Shown: piece after piece, positions 1 through 8,662 of the stretch
Position numbering within the stretch: position 1 is the stretch's first letter
Layout: every line of letters begins with the position of its first letter
Source: Thermoanaerobaculaceae bacterium
GTDB taxonomy: Bacteria; Acidobacteriota; Thermoanaerobaculia; Thermoanaerobaculales; Thermoanaerobaculaceae
Direction: 5' to 3'
Length of the DNA stretch: 64,000 nt
NCBI GenBank assembly: GCA_050018455.1
Contig: JBEKAA010000013.1
Coordinates: 14 to 64,013 of the forward strand
Notes under the pieces: generated by a model
Seen by the model: the letters and a program-made list of their open reading frames with translations, nothing else
Databases searched by the model: none
Told to the model about the DNA's origin: nothing
Program-made: the position numbers and the translations under genes

Positions 1-173
1 GGCTCTGCCTCGCGAGCTCGGGGGTGCGGGGGGCGTGAGGCGCCGGCGGTGTGGGAGGGGTGGCGCCGTGCCCCCCGCGGCAGATGGTCGCCCACCATGC
101 CAGCCACCTCCGCGTTCTCGCGACGAACCCCCACGAATAATCCAGGCTAGAGTAGGGGTGTCAGGAGGAAACG

Positions 174-662
174 ATGCTCACCTCGATTGCGCAGTTCAGC
201 CAGATCTGGAAACACGAGAGCGAGGCGACCGCTCGGGTCCTGGCGGCGCTCACCGATGCGTCCCTCGCCCAGCGGGTCACGCCCCGCGATCGTTCGCTGG
301 GAGACCTTGCGTGGCACCTCGCGACATCGATTCCGGAGATGATGGCCCGGACAGGGCTCACGGTGGCCGGAGGTAATCATCACGCACCTCCGCCTGTCTC
401 GGCCGATGCGATTCGCGAGGCATATGTGCAGGCGGCGGCCTCGCTCCTGGAGCAGGTGGGCCTGCACTGGACCGACCAGACGCTCAAGGTCGAGGACGAC
501 ATGTACGGGGAGCGCTGGCCGAGGGGACTGACCTTGCAGGCCCTCGTCTTCCACGAGATCCACCATCGCGGCGCGATGACCGTGCTGATGCGTCAGGCCG
601 GCCTGACGGTCCCGGGGATCTACGGGCCGAACCGCGAACAGACGGAGAAGATGAAGGGGTGA
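174..662 (+). CDS. DinB-family protein (DinB/YfiT-like helical bundle)
   Basis: 162-aa ORF with AGGAGGA just upstream of the ATG. DinB-like pattern with His-containing motifs (DLAWHLATS, FHEIHHRG). Confidence 0.65.
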   Translation: MLTSIAQFSQIWKHESEATARVLAALTDASLAQRVTPRDRSLGDLAWHLATSIPEMMARTGLTVAGGNHHAPPPVSADAIREAYVQAAASLLEQVGLHWTDQTLKVEDDMYGERWPRGLTLQALVFHEIHHRGAMTVLMRQAGLTVPGIYGPNREQTEKMKG

Positions 663-725
663 CTTCGGGAAGACTCCCAATCGACTTCGGCTGTGGTATT
701 TTTCACATCCCTGGAGGGCGCCGCC

Positions 726-1268
726 ATGCGCGATGCCGTCGAGAAGCTCTGGCCGGAGCTCGAATGGATCAAGGACAACGACCTTCGCGAGAAGGTCACC
801 GAAACTTGGATCCGAGCGTTGCAGCTTTCAACGTTGACGCCTGACGATCTGCGACAGATTCCGTTTACCCTGCTCGTTCCGAACTGTCCGGTGACGTTCA
901 TGGAGCACAAGCGTTGCGTCGTGCACATCGCGCGGCGGGCCGCCGAGGCGATGAACGAGTTCATGGGTCACGCGCTTCCCGTCGACATGGACACCGTCAT
1001 CGCCGGCGCCATCCTTGCCGACGTCGGTAAGCTTCTCGAGTACGAAAAGGTCGACGGCAATGTCCGCCCGAGCCAGCGCGGTTCGTACCTGCGGCACCCG
1101 TTCACCGGTGTGGCGCTGGCGATCGAGGCCGGTGTCCCTGACCGCGTTTGCCACATCATCGCCGCGCACGCCGACGAGGGGAACCTCGTCAAGCGCTCGA
1201 CCGAGGCGTACGTGGTCCACCACGCCGATTTCATGAGCTTCCTGCCTTTCAAGAACATGGCCAAGTGA
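726..1268 (+). CDS. HD-superfamily-like protein (HD dyad position reads AD)
   Basis: ORF track starts at 693, but ATG 726 has GGAGGG 7 nt upstream. Contains VVHIARRA, AILADVGKL (resembles LLHDIGK) and IIAAHADEG/VVHHADF motifs. Confidence 0.5.
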   Translation: MRDAVEKLWPELEWIKDNDLREKVTETWIRALQLSTLTPDDLRQIPFTLLVPNCPVTFMEHKRCVVHIARRAAEAMNEFMGHALPVDMDTVIAGAILADVGKLLEYEKVDGNVRPSQRGSYLRHPFTGVALAIEAGVPDRVCHIIAAHADEGNLVKRSTEAYVVHHADFMSFLPFKNMAK

Positions 1269-1347
1269 CAGGGGTCCGGGATCCGGGGTCCGGGGTCCGT
1301 TCCCCCGCCCACCCCGACGGTCCCGGGGTGCCTGCGAGGGGATCGAG

Positions 1348-2742
1348 ATGACCACCACGACAACGACGACCAACGAGAAGATCACGGCAACGATGGCCCG
1401 CTGGGCCGCCAACGTGAGCTTCGAGGACCTCTCACCGGAGGCGCTCCGCGAAGCGAAGCGCTACCTGCTCGACTCGATCGGCTGCGCGCTCGGCGGCTAC
1501 CTGCAGCACGACGTCAAGATCGCCCTGGCGGTTTTCGACGAGATCGCCGGCAAGGGCCCCGCTACCGTCATCGGCTCCGGCAAGAAACTGGACGTCGTCT
1601 CGGTCGCCCTCCTCAACGCGCTCATGGTGCGCGTGATGGACTACAACGACATCTACTGGAAGCAGGATCCCTCGCACCCGTCCGACATCATCCCTGCCGC
1701 TATCGCGGCGTGCGAGCGCCAGGGCACGGACGGCCGCGAGCTCGCGGTCGGAATCTGCATCGGCCACGAGTTCGAGCAGCGCCTGTGCGAGGCCGCGTTC
1801 CCCGGCATCCGCGAGCGCGGCTGGCACCACGCGACGCTCACGGCCTTCGTCTCCCCGATCGTCGCGGGGCGTGCCCTGCGCCTCCCCTGGGAGAAGATCC
1901 AGCACGCCATCGGCATCGCGGCCAGCCACCACGCGACCCTCGGCGCCGTCACCGCCGGCAAGCTCACCATGATGAAGAACACCGTGGACCCGATGGCGAC
2001 GCAGGCCGGCGTGTTCGCGGCGCTCCTCGCGGAGAAGGGGTACACGGGCCCGGAGCACGTCATCGAGGGCAAGGAGGGGCTCGTCCACTGCTTCGGTCCC
2101 GAGTGGAGGCTCAACATCCTCACCGACGGGCTCGGGCGGTCGTGGCGGATCACGAAGTGCGGGATGAAGGCCTTCCCGACCGAGGCGCTGACCCACGCAC
2201 CGATCTCCGCGGTGCTCGACATCGTCAAGACCAACGACCTCAAGCCGCGCGACGTCGCGGAGGTTCACATCCGTTCCCTGCACAAGGCTGCGGACATCCT
2301 CGCAGACCCGTCGAAGTACGACCCTCGCAGCAAGGAGACGGCGGACCACTCGCTTCCCTACGTGATCGCCGCCGCCATCGTGGACCGCAACGTCACCCCC
2401 GCCCAGTTCACCGAGGCCAGGATCATGGACCCGGTCATCCGCGAGCAGCTCCACAAGGTCAAAGTGGTGGCCGACCCCGAGGTCGAGAAGCTCTTCCCCG
2501 CACTGCAGCGCGTCATCGTCAAGCTGACCACAACCGACGGGCGGACGTTCGACAAGCAGCTCGACTACCCGAAGGGCGACCCCCGCAACCCGCTGTCCGA
2601 CGCGGAAGTCGAGGCGAAGTTCGACGCGCTCGCTGAGCCCGTGCTCACCAAGGACGGCAGGGCTCGCGTGAAGGAGACGGTGTGGAACCTCGAGAAGCTG
2701 GCGTCGGTGACGAAGCTGATGGAGATGCTCAAAGCGAGTTGA
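1348..2742 (+). CDS. MmgE/PrpD-family protein (2-methylcitrate dehydratase-like)
   Basis: 464 aa. N-terminus (ARWAANVSFEDLSPEALREAKRYLLDSIGCALGG) and overall length are typical of the PrpD/MmgE family. Confidence 0.85.
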   Translation: MTTTTTTTNEKITATMARWAANVSFEDLSPEALREAKRYLLDSIGCALGGYLQHDVKIALAVFDEIAGKGPATVIGSGKKLDVVSVALLNALMVRVMDYNDIYWKQDPSHPSDIIPAAIAACERQGTDGRELAVGICIGHEFEQRLCEAAFPGIRERGWHHATLTAFVSPIVAGRALRLPWEKIQHAIGIAASHHATLGAVTAGKLTMMKNTVDPMATQAGVFAALLAEKGYTGPEHVIEGKEGLVHCFGPEWRLNILTDGLGRSWRITKCGMKAFPTEALTHAPISAVLDIVKTNDLKPRDVAEVHIRSLHKAADILADPSKYDPRSKETADHSLPYVIAAAIVDRNVTPAQFTEARIMDPVIREQLHKVKVVADPEVEKLFPALQRVIVKLTTTDGRTFDKQLDYPKGDPRNPLSDAEVEAKFDALAEPVLTKDGRARVKETVWNLEKLASVTKLMEMLKAS

Positions 2743-2828
2743 CAGTCAACAGTTGACAGTCGACAGTTCGAGGCTGTAATCCTCTCTGCTTCTGACTGTT
2801 GACTGTGAACTGTGAACTGTCAACTCGT
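2735..2828. repeat. Inverted pair of heptad arrays (ACAGT-type units), arms of about 34 nt
   Basis: Left arm is AGTTGAC AGTCAAC AGTTGAC AGTCGAC AGTTCGA. Right arm is TGACTGT TGACTGT GAACTGT GAACTGT CAACTCG. The arms are 28/34 complementary with a loop of about 24 nt. Confidence 0.8.
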
Positions 2829-2848
2829 GTGGGTGGGAGGAGGAAACC

Positions 2849-4792
2849 ATGGGTCAGACCATCGTCGAGAAGATCGCTCAGTCACACATGGCCGAGGGAC
2901 CGGACCGCGCCCTGCGCGCGGGGGACTTCCTCTCGATTCGGCCCCACCACGTGATGACCCACGACAACACCTCGGCTGTCATGTCGAAGTTCAGGGGGAT
3001 CGGCGCGGCGCGCATGGCCGACCCCGGACAGCCGGTATTCGCGCTCGACCACGACATCCAGAACACCACCGAGGAGAACCTCGGAAAGTACCGCAAGATC
3101 GAGGCTTTCGCCAGGGAGCACGGCGTCGACTTCTACCCCGCCGGCGCCGGCATCGGTCACCAGATCATGTGCGAGCAAGGGTATGTGCTGCCGGGCTCGT
3201 TCGTCGTCGCGTCCGACTCCCATTCCAACATGTACGGCGCGCTCGGCGCGGTCGGCACGCCCGTCGTCCGCACCGACGCGGCGGCGATTTGGGCGACGGG
3301 CACGTTCTGGTGGTCGGTTCCGCGCACCGTGCAGGTCGTCCTCAAGGGCGCCCTCCGGCCCGGCGTGACCGGCAAGGACGTGATCATCACCCTGTGCGGC
3401 TTGTACAACAAGGAGGAGGTCCTCAACGCCGCCGTCGAGTTCTCCGGCAGAGGCGTGGCCTCCCTCTCCATGGATTCCCGAATGGCGATCGCGAACATGT
3501 CCACCGAGTGGGGAGCGCTCGTCGGCTGGTTCCCCGTGGACGCGACGACGATCGAATGGCTCAACGCGCGCCGCCAGCACCTGGCGTCGCGCGGCATCGA
3601 GAGGTTCACGCCGGATGACCTCAAGGTCTGGGCGACGCGGCCGCCTGCGCCGGACCCCGACGCCGCGTACGCGGCCCGCATCGAGTTGAACCTGGGTGAG
3701 GTCACGCCGCACGTCTCCGGTCCCGACACCGTGTTCGTGATGCAACCGCTCGCAGAGATTGCCCCAAAGAAGGTGGCCGTCCAGAAAGCGTATCTCCTGT
3801 CGTGCGTCAACTCGCGCGCCGAGGACCTCGCGGAAGTCGCTGCCGTGCTCAAGGGAAGGAAAGTCGCCCCGGCGGTCAAGTTCTACCTCGCGGCCGCCAG
3901 CAAGGAGATCCAGGAAGGCGCCGAGCGGTCCGGGGTGTGGAAGACGATCGTCGACGCCGGCGCCATCGCGCTGCCTCCCGCGTGCGGCGCGTGCATCGGG
4001 CTCGGCACCGGCCTGCTCGAGCCGGGGGAGGTCGGGATCTCCGCCACCAACCGAAACTTCAAAGGCCGCATGGGGTCCCGCGACGCCAAGTGCTACCTGG
4101 CGAGCCCGGCCGTGGTGGCTGCCTCCGCAGTCGCCGGCTACATCACGGCCCCTCAGGAATGGGACCTCGTAGCCCCCGCGAGGCGCTGGACCGAACTCGC
4201 GGAGCCCGCCGCGAAGGCCGAGAAGGTCGAGATCCTCGAAGGGTTCCCGGCGAAGCTTGTCGGCCGCCTCGCGTTTCTCCCGCAGGACAACCTCAACACC
4301 GACGGGATCTACGGGAAGGACTACACGTACCGCGAGGATATGACGCGCGAGATGATGGCCAAGGTCGTCATGGAAAACTACGATCCCGAGTTCGCCGCCC
4401 GCGCACAGGCGGGGGACGTCATCGTCGGCGGCTTCAACTTCGGCACCGGCTCATCGCGCGAGCAGGCCGTCACCGCGCTGCAGGCCAAGGGGATCCCCCT
4501 CGTCATCGCCGGCAGCTTCTCCCAGACGTATCTTCGGAACGCCTTCAACAACGGGTTCCTCTGCATCGAGACCCCCGCGTTCGTCAAGCACCTGAAGGAG
4601 ACGTTCACCGCGGAAGTCGGCGGAAAGGTCCGTACGATCATTCCCGGCGACGAAGTCACCATCGACTTCACAACTTCAACGCTCGTGTATCGCGAGAGGA
4701 GCTTCGCCTTTCCCGCGCTTGGCTCGGTGCCCCAGTCGCTTGTGGTCGCCGGCGGCGTCGAGAATCTGGTCCGAAGGCAGCTCGCAACGTAG
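2849..4792 (+). CDS. Aconitase/homoaconitase-family hydro-lyase (fused large and small domains)
   Basis: 647 aa with GGAGGAGG SD. Fe-S ligand region (SCVNSR, PPACGACIG) and LeuD-like swivel motif (GGFNFGTGSSREQA). Confidence 0.85.
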   Translation: MGQTIVEKIAQSHMAEGPDRALRAGDFLSIRPHHVMTHDNTSAVMSKFRGIGAARMADPGQPVFALDHDIQNTTEENLGKYRKIEAFAREHGVDFYPAGAGIGHQIMCEQGYVLPGSFVVASDSHSNMYGALGAVGTPVVRTDAAAIWATGTFWWSVPRTVQVVLKGALRPGVTGKDVIITLCGLYNKEEVLNAAVEFSGRGVASLSMDSRMAIANMSTEWGALVGWFPVDATTIEWLNARRQHLASRGIERFTPDDLKVWATRPPAPDPDAAYAARIELNLGEVTPHVSGPDTVFVMQPLAEIAPKKVAVQKAYLLSCVNSRAEDLAEVAAVLKGRKVAPAVKFYLAAASKEIQEGAERSGVWKTIVDAGAIALPPACGACIGLGTGLLEPGEVGISATNRNFKGRMGSRDAKCYLASPAVVAASAVAGYITAPQEWDLVAPARRWTELAEPAAKAEKVEILEGFPAKLVGRLAFLPQDNLNTDGIYGKDYTYREDMTREMMAKVVMENYDPEFAARAQAGDVIVGGFNFGTGSSREQAVTALQAKGIPLVIAGSFSQTYLRNAFNNGFLCIETPAFVKHLKETFTAEVGGKVRTIIPGDEVTIDFTTSTLVYRERSFAFPALGSVPQSLVVAGGVENLVRRQLAT

Positions 4793-4804
4793 GCGTCGCG
4801 GCGC

Positions 4805-6199
4805 TCAGTCGGTGAGCGCTTCCTGCACGATCCTGGATGGATGGGCCGCGCCGAACTCGCCCTCCCAGCGCGCCACGACGACCGTGGCGAGGCAGTTGCC
4901 GAGGACGTTGGTCGATGTGCGCGCCATGTCCATCAGCTCGTCGATCCCCAGAATGATGAAGATCGGTTCGACCGGCAGGTGGAAGGAGGCGGCCGTGCCG
5001 AGCAGGATGACGAGCGACGCGCGCGGGACGCCGGCGACGCCCTTGCTGGTGAGCATCAGCGTGAACACCATCAGGAGCTGCTGGCCGAAGCTCATGTGGA
5101 TCCCCGCGGCCTGGGCCACGAAGACGGAGGCGAGCGAGAGGTAAAGCGTGGTGCCGTCGAGGTTGAAGCTGTACCCCGTCGGCATCACGAAGGCCACGAT
5201 CTTGCGCGGCACGCCGATCGCTTCCATGGCCTCCATGGCCCGCGGCAGCGCCGCCTCGGAGGACGTGGTCGCGAACGCCAGCGACACCGGCTCGGCGACC
5301 GCGGCGATGAACTTCCGGATCGGCACCCGGGCGATGAGCGCGACGGGCAGCAGCACGACCAGGATGAACACGATGAGGGCGGCGTAGAGCGTCGCCAGCA
5401 GCTTGGCCAGGTTCACGAGGACCCCGAGACCCATGTGGCCGACCGTGTACGCGATCGCGGCGCCCACTCCAATCGGCGCAAACATCATCACGATGTTGGT
5501 GAACTTGAACATCGTTTCGGCAAGGCTCTCCGCGAACGACAGCATCGGCCTGCGCTTGGCTTCCGGCAACATCGCCAGGGCAACCCCGAAGAGGAGCGAG
5601 AACACCACGACCTGGAGAACCTCGCCCTCGGCGATCGACTTTGCGATGTTCTCCGGGAAGATGTGCTGGATGATCTCGGAGGCGCTCTTCTGGACCGCCT
5701 TGATCTCCTCGGTCTTCGGCGCCGGGGGAAGGTTGATGCCCCGCCCGGCCTGCGACAGGTTGATCGCGGCGAGGCCGATGAAGAGCGCGACCGTCGTGAC
5801 GATCTCGAAATAGACGAGCGCCTTCACGCCCATCCGGCCGACCTGCTTGAGGTCCGAATGCCCGGCGACGCCCACCACCAGCGTCGCGAACAGCAGGGGG
5901 GCGATGATCGTCTTGATCATCCGCAGGAAGACCAGGGAGAGCGTGCGCAGGTTGACCGCCACCGCGGGCAGGTCATGGCCGATCTCGGCGCCCACCACCA
6001 TGCTGACGAGGATCCAGGTCGTCAGCGACCGGCGTTTCAGGCCGTATGCGACGAGCCCTGCAATTGCGAGCCAGCGCGAGGCAACCACGATCTCCGACGG
6101 GATGGCGAAGAGGCCGGTGGTCTTGAGCGCGGCCAGCACCGCCGCCAGCGTGAGCGTCGCGAGCAGGAACGGGACGGTCCAGCGCTTCCACCGGTGCAT
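4805..6199 (-). CDS. Dicarboxylate/amino acid:cation symporter (DAACS, GltP/DctA-like)
   Basis: Motifs TSSEAALP, FNLDGTTLY and MDMARTSTNVLGN. Start moved to ATG 6199 (GGAGG 5 nt upstream) from the ORF-track GTG at 6256. Confidence 0.85.
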   Translation of the reverse strand: MHRWKRWTVPFLLATLTLAAVLAALKTTGLFAIPSEIVVASRWLAIAGLVAYGLKRRSLTTWILVSMVVGAEIGHDLPAVAVNLRTLSLVFLRMIKTIIAPLLFATLVVGVAGHSDLKQVGRMGVKALVYFEIVTTVALFIGLAAINLSQAGRGINLPPAPKTEEIKAVQKSASEIIQHIFPENIAKSIAEGEVLQVVVFSLLFGVALAMLPEAKRRPMLSFAESLAETMFKFTNIVMMFAPIGVGAAIAYTVGHMGLGVLVNLAKLLATLYAALIVFILVVLLPVALIARVPIRKFIAAVAEPVSLAFATTSSEAALPRAMEAMEAIGVPRKIVAFVMPTGYSFNLDGTTLYLSLASVFVAQAAGIHMSFGQQLLMVFTLMLTSKGVAGVPRASLVILLGTAASFHLPVEPIFIILGIDELMDMARTSTNVLGNCLATVVVARWEGEFGAAHPSRIVQEALTD

Positions 6200-6655
6200 G
6201 CGGCCTCCGCACCACCCCGCGCGTGATGCTCCGCCAGTGTAATTGGAAAACCCCACATGGTGCCAGCGCGACGAGGAGCTTCGAGTTGGAGGGCTTCTCG
6301 CCTTCCTTCGTGAGGCTCACGCCCTAGAGTGCCGTGCTCTCGTCCAACGCGAGGATTGTGATGCTCGCTGCGATCCACGGCGCACGCCGGTTCCATTTTC
6401 GAAGCGGATCCTCGAACGACCTCACCACATCGCCACCTTCTGTAGCTCTCATGGCGTGCCTCTCCGTCCCCGCCGACCGAACGGGCCAGACGGACGGGAC
6501 GGTTCCAGTGGCCCTCCACCAGAACTTCGAACGCTTTCCGGTTTACGTCGAGGGCCGTTCGCACCGGATCAGCGGTCGTCGTGTCCACGCCCGTTAGAGT
6601 CTCGCGAAGGGTCGTTTCGTGTACGCCCACCCCGACGGCGGTTGGGACGAAACTC

Positions 6656-7483
6656 TCAGCTCGGTTCACCGGCCAGCAGTTCCGGCCGGATCGTCCCTTC
6701 CGCGACCCACTCCGCCGGCCCCGAGAACCGTACCGGACATTCCGGCGGGGCGCCCAGCGGCTCGACCGTAAGAGCCCGACCCGAGGCGGTCCGCACCAGC
6801 ACCGGAGCGGCGACCCACCCGTCGGCAAGCGCGATGACGGCGGCGGCCGCGTCGCCGGAGCCGCACGACAGAGTTTCGCCCTCGATCCCGCGCTCCCAGG
6901 AGCGCACGGCCAGATCATGGGGCCCGGCCACGAACGCGAAGCTCACGTTCGCCCCGCCGGCGGGGAGATCCGGGTGAGCGCGAAGCGCAGGGGCGAACGG
7001 CGCGAGGGGCCGCTGCCAGAAGTCCGCCCAATCCACACGCACGATCAGGTGTGGGACCCCGACGACCAGGAATCGCCCGCGCGCGGGCGCGCCGGGGACT
7101 GCCAGCTCCTGCCACGGCCGCACGCCCTCCGGCGCCGGCAGGCGCAACGTGACCCGCACGCCCTCGACGACTGCCGGGATGGCGGCGTGGCCGGTTTGGA
7201 GGACCATCTCGCGCCACCCCCACCTCGCCGCGATGAAGCTCGCGGCGCAGCGCGTGCCGTTGGCGCAGAACTCGGCTTCGGACCCGTCGCTGTTCCAGTA
7301 GTCGAGTCGCGCGGCCGATGCGCCGGTGGGAGTCACCAGGAGGACACCGTCGGCGCCCACGCCGAAACGGCGGTGGCAGAGGCGGGGGACCGCGGCCCGG
7401 AGTCTGCTCGCCAGATCCGGCTCCGCACGTCCGTCGAAGATAAGAAAGTCGTTTCCGGCGCCGTGGAGCTTGGCGAATCTCAC
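6656..7483 (-). CDS. dapF: Diaminopimelate epimerase
   Basis: HGAGNDFLIF, FCANGTRC and SCGSGDAAA (two catalytic Cys regions). GTG 7483 overlaps the upstream stop as GTGA. The ORF-track N-terminal extension overlaps the upstream gene. Confidence 0.85.
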   Translation of the reverse strand: MRFAKLHGAGNDFLIFDGRAEPDLASRLRAAVPRLCHRRFGVGADGVLLVTPTGASAARLDYWNSDGSEAEFCANGTRCAASFIAARWGWREMVLQTGHAAIPAVVEGVRVTLRLPAPEGVRPWQELAVPGAPARGRFLVVGVPHLIVRVDWADFWQRPLAPFAPALRAHPDLPAGGANVSFAFVAGPHDLAVRSWERGIEGETLSCGSGDAAAAVIALADGWVAAPVLVRTASGRALTVEPLGAPPECPVRFSGPAEWVAEGTIRPELLAGEPS

Positions 7484-8532
7484 GTCCCTGACCGCACCTT
7501 GCAGTACACGGCGTCGGACTGGTTCCCCGCGACGTCCATGGCCTTGACTGCATACTCGACCACGCCCGACGGGGGCGACGCGTCGGCGTACTCGGTCCCC
7601 TTGAAAACCTCCTCCAGGTGGTCCCACGCCCCATCGCCGATCCGCCGAAAGATCTTGTACCGGACGTCCTGCTCCGGCGACGCATCCCACCGCAAGCGAA
7701 CAAGACCCGGCTCAGGCAGGCAAATGAGAGAGGTCACCGGAGGTGGGGGGTAGATGTCCGGGTACGGAACTTCGACAGAATCGGTCGGTGGACTCGCGGT
7801 CGACATCGCGGTCTTGACGAACGAGCGCACCCTGTACCACCAGGTCTGCCCCTGCTCGGCCTTCGCGTCGAGAAAGCTCGGCTTTTCAATCCCGATCGGT
7901 GGCTGGGCCTCCCAGGCGGCGTTCTTCGAGGCCCGACGCTCCACCACGTAAACCACACCGGGGACTGGATCCCAGGAAAGCGCGATGCCGTCCGCACGCG
8001 GCTCGGGGACAAGAGACGTGGGAGTCGTGGGTACCGGTTGCGGCTGCCAGGTCAGGAAATTCGAGAGTGCCGAGGTCGTGCCGTCCTTGCGGCGCGACCG
8101 GACGGCGTACCAGAGTGTCGGCGGTGAGGTTCCCGGGGACACCTCGGGCAGCTTTTCCCGATAGGTCAGCGACTTGCCCCGCGTCGCCGTTTGCAGGGAT
8201 TCCCCTTCGAGGCGCACGGCCAGCTTGCCGCGCCCGAGCATGAGCTGCCGCCGCAGATCTTCACCGGCCGGCCCGGTGCCGACCTGCTCCTGGCCGGGAG
8301 CCAGCTGGAGCTGCCATACCTCCACCCGGACGAGGTCGTTGAGCGGCCGACCGCCTCTGGTGAGTTGGGGGTACGTCCAGCTCAAGACGAGGTCGGCCCC
8401 GTCCTGATAGCCCCAGAGATCGGTGGTCGTCTCCGGCACCTCAATGATGGGGGGAAGCGGCACGGACTTCCGGCCGCACGCGGGGAGCAGCACTATCACG
8501 GCGAGCAGAACCAACGTTCGGACGGTTCGCAT
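7480..8532 (-). CDS. Lipoprotein with three Fn3-like repeats
   Basis: Lipobox LLPAC at residues 15-19. Three beta-rich modules of about 90-100 aa with Fn3-like W/Y patterns (LSWTYP, LSWDPVPG, LRWDASP). Translationally coupled to dapF. Confidence 0.6.
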   Translation of the reverse strand: MRTVRTLVLLAVIVLLPACGRKSVPLPPIIEVPETTTDLWGYQDGADLVLSWTYPQLTRGGRPLNDLVRVEVWQLQLAPGQEQVGTGPAGEDLRRQLMLGRGKLAVRLEGESLQTATRGKSLTYREKLPEVSPGTSPPTLWYAVRSRRKDGTTSALSNFLTWQPQPVPTTPTSLVPEPRADGIALSWDPVPGVVYVVERRASKNAAWEAQPPIGIEKPSFLDAKAEQGQTWWYRVRSFVKTAMSTASPPTDSVEVPYPDIYPPPPVTSLICLPEPGLVRLRWDASPEQDVRYKIFRRIGDGAWDHLEEVFKGTEYADASPPSGVVEYAVKAMDVAGNQSDAVYCKVRSGT

Positions 8533-8662
8533 CGGATGTCAACTGTAGCAAATGGGCGTTGCAATGGTGAGGGTTGCAGCAGCAGAGGCACCAGGGAGCT
8601 GAGGAGCTCTCGGGAAGCCGTTTCCCCTGTTCTCCGCCTGTGACCTGCTGCTCTCCTGTCGC

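Noticed and set aside
2735-2828. Heptad repeat region as a CRISPR array or as a simple intrinsic terminator
   Set aside because: The repeat units are 7 nt with no spacers, so it is not a CRISPR. No U-tract follows the right arm and the next gene starts 20 nt later, so it is not a canonical terminator. It is kept as an unexplained structured repeat.
6334-6597. 87-aa plus-strand ORF in the dapF/transporter spacer
   Set aside because: It has no SD, lower third-position GC than real genes here (about 70 %), and no recognisable domain. It would be convergent with dapF and oppose the transporter promoter. It is left uncalled and the spacer is flagged instead.
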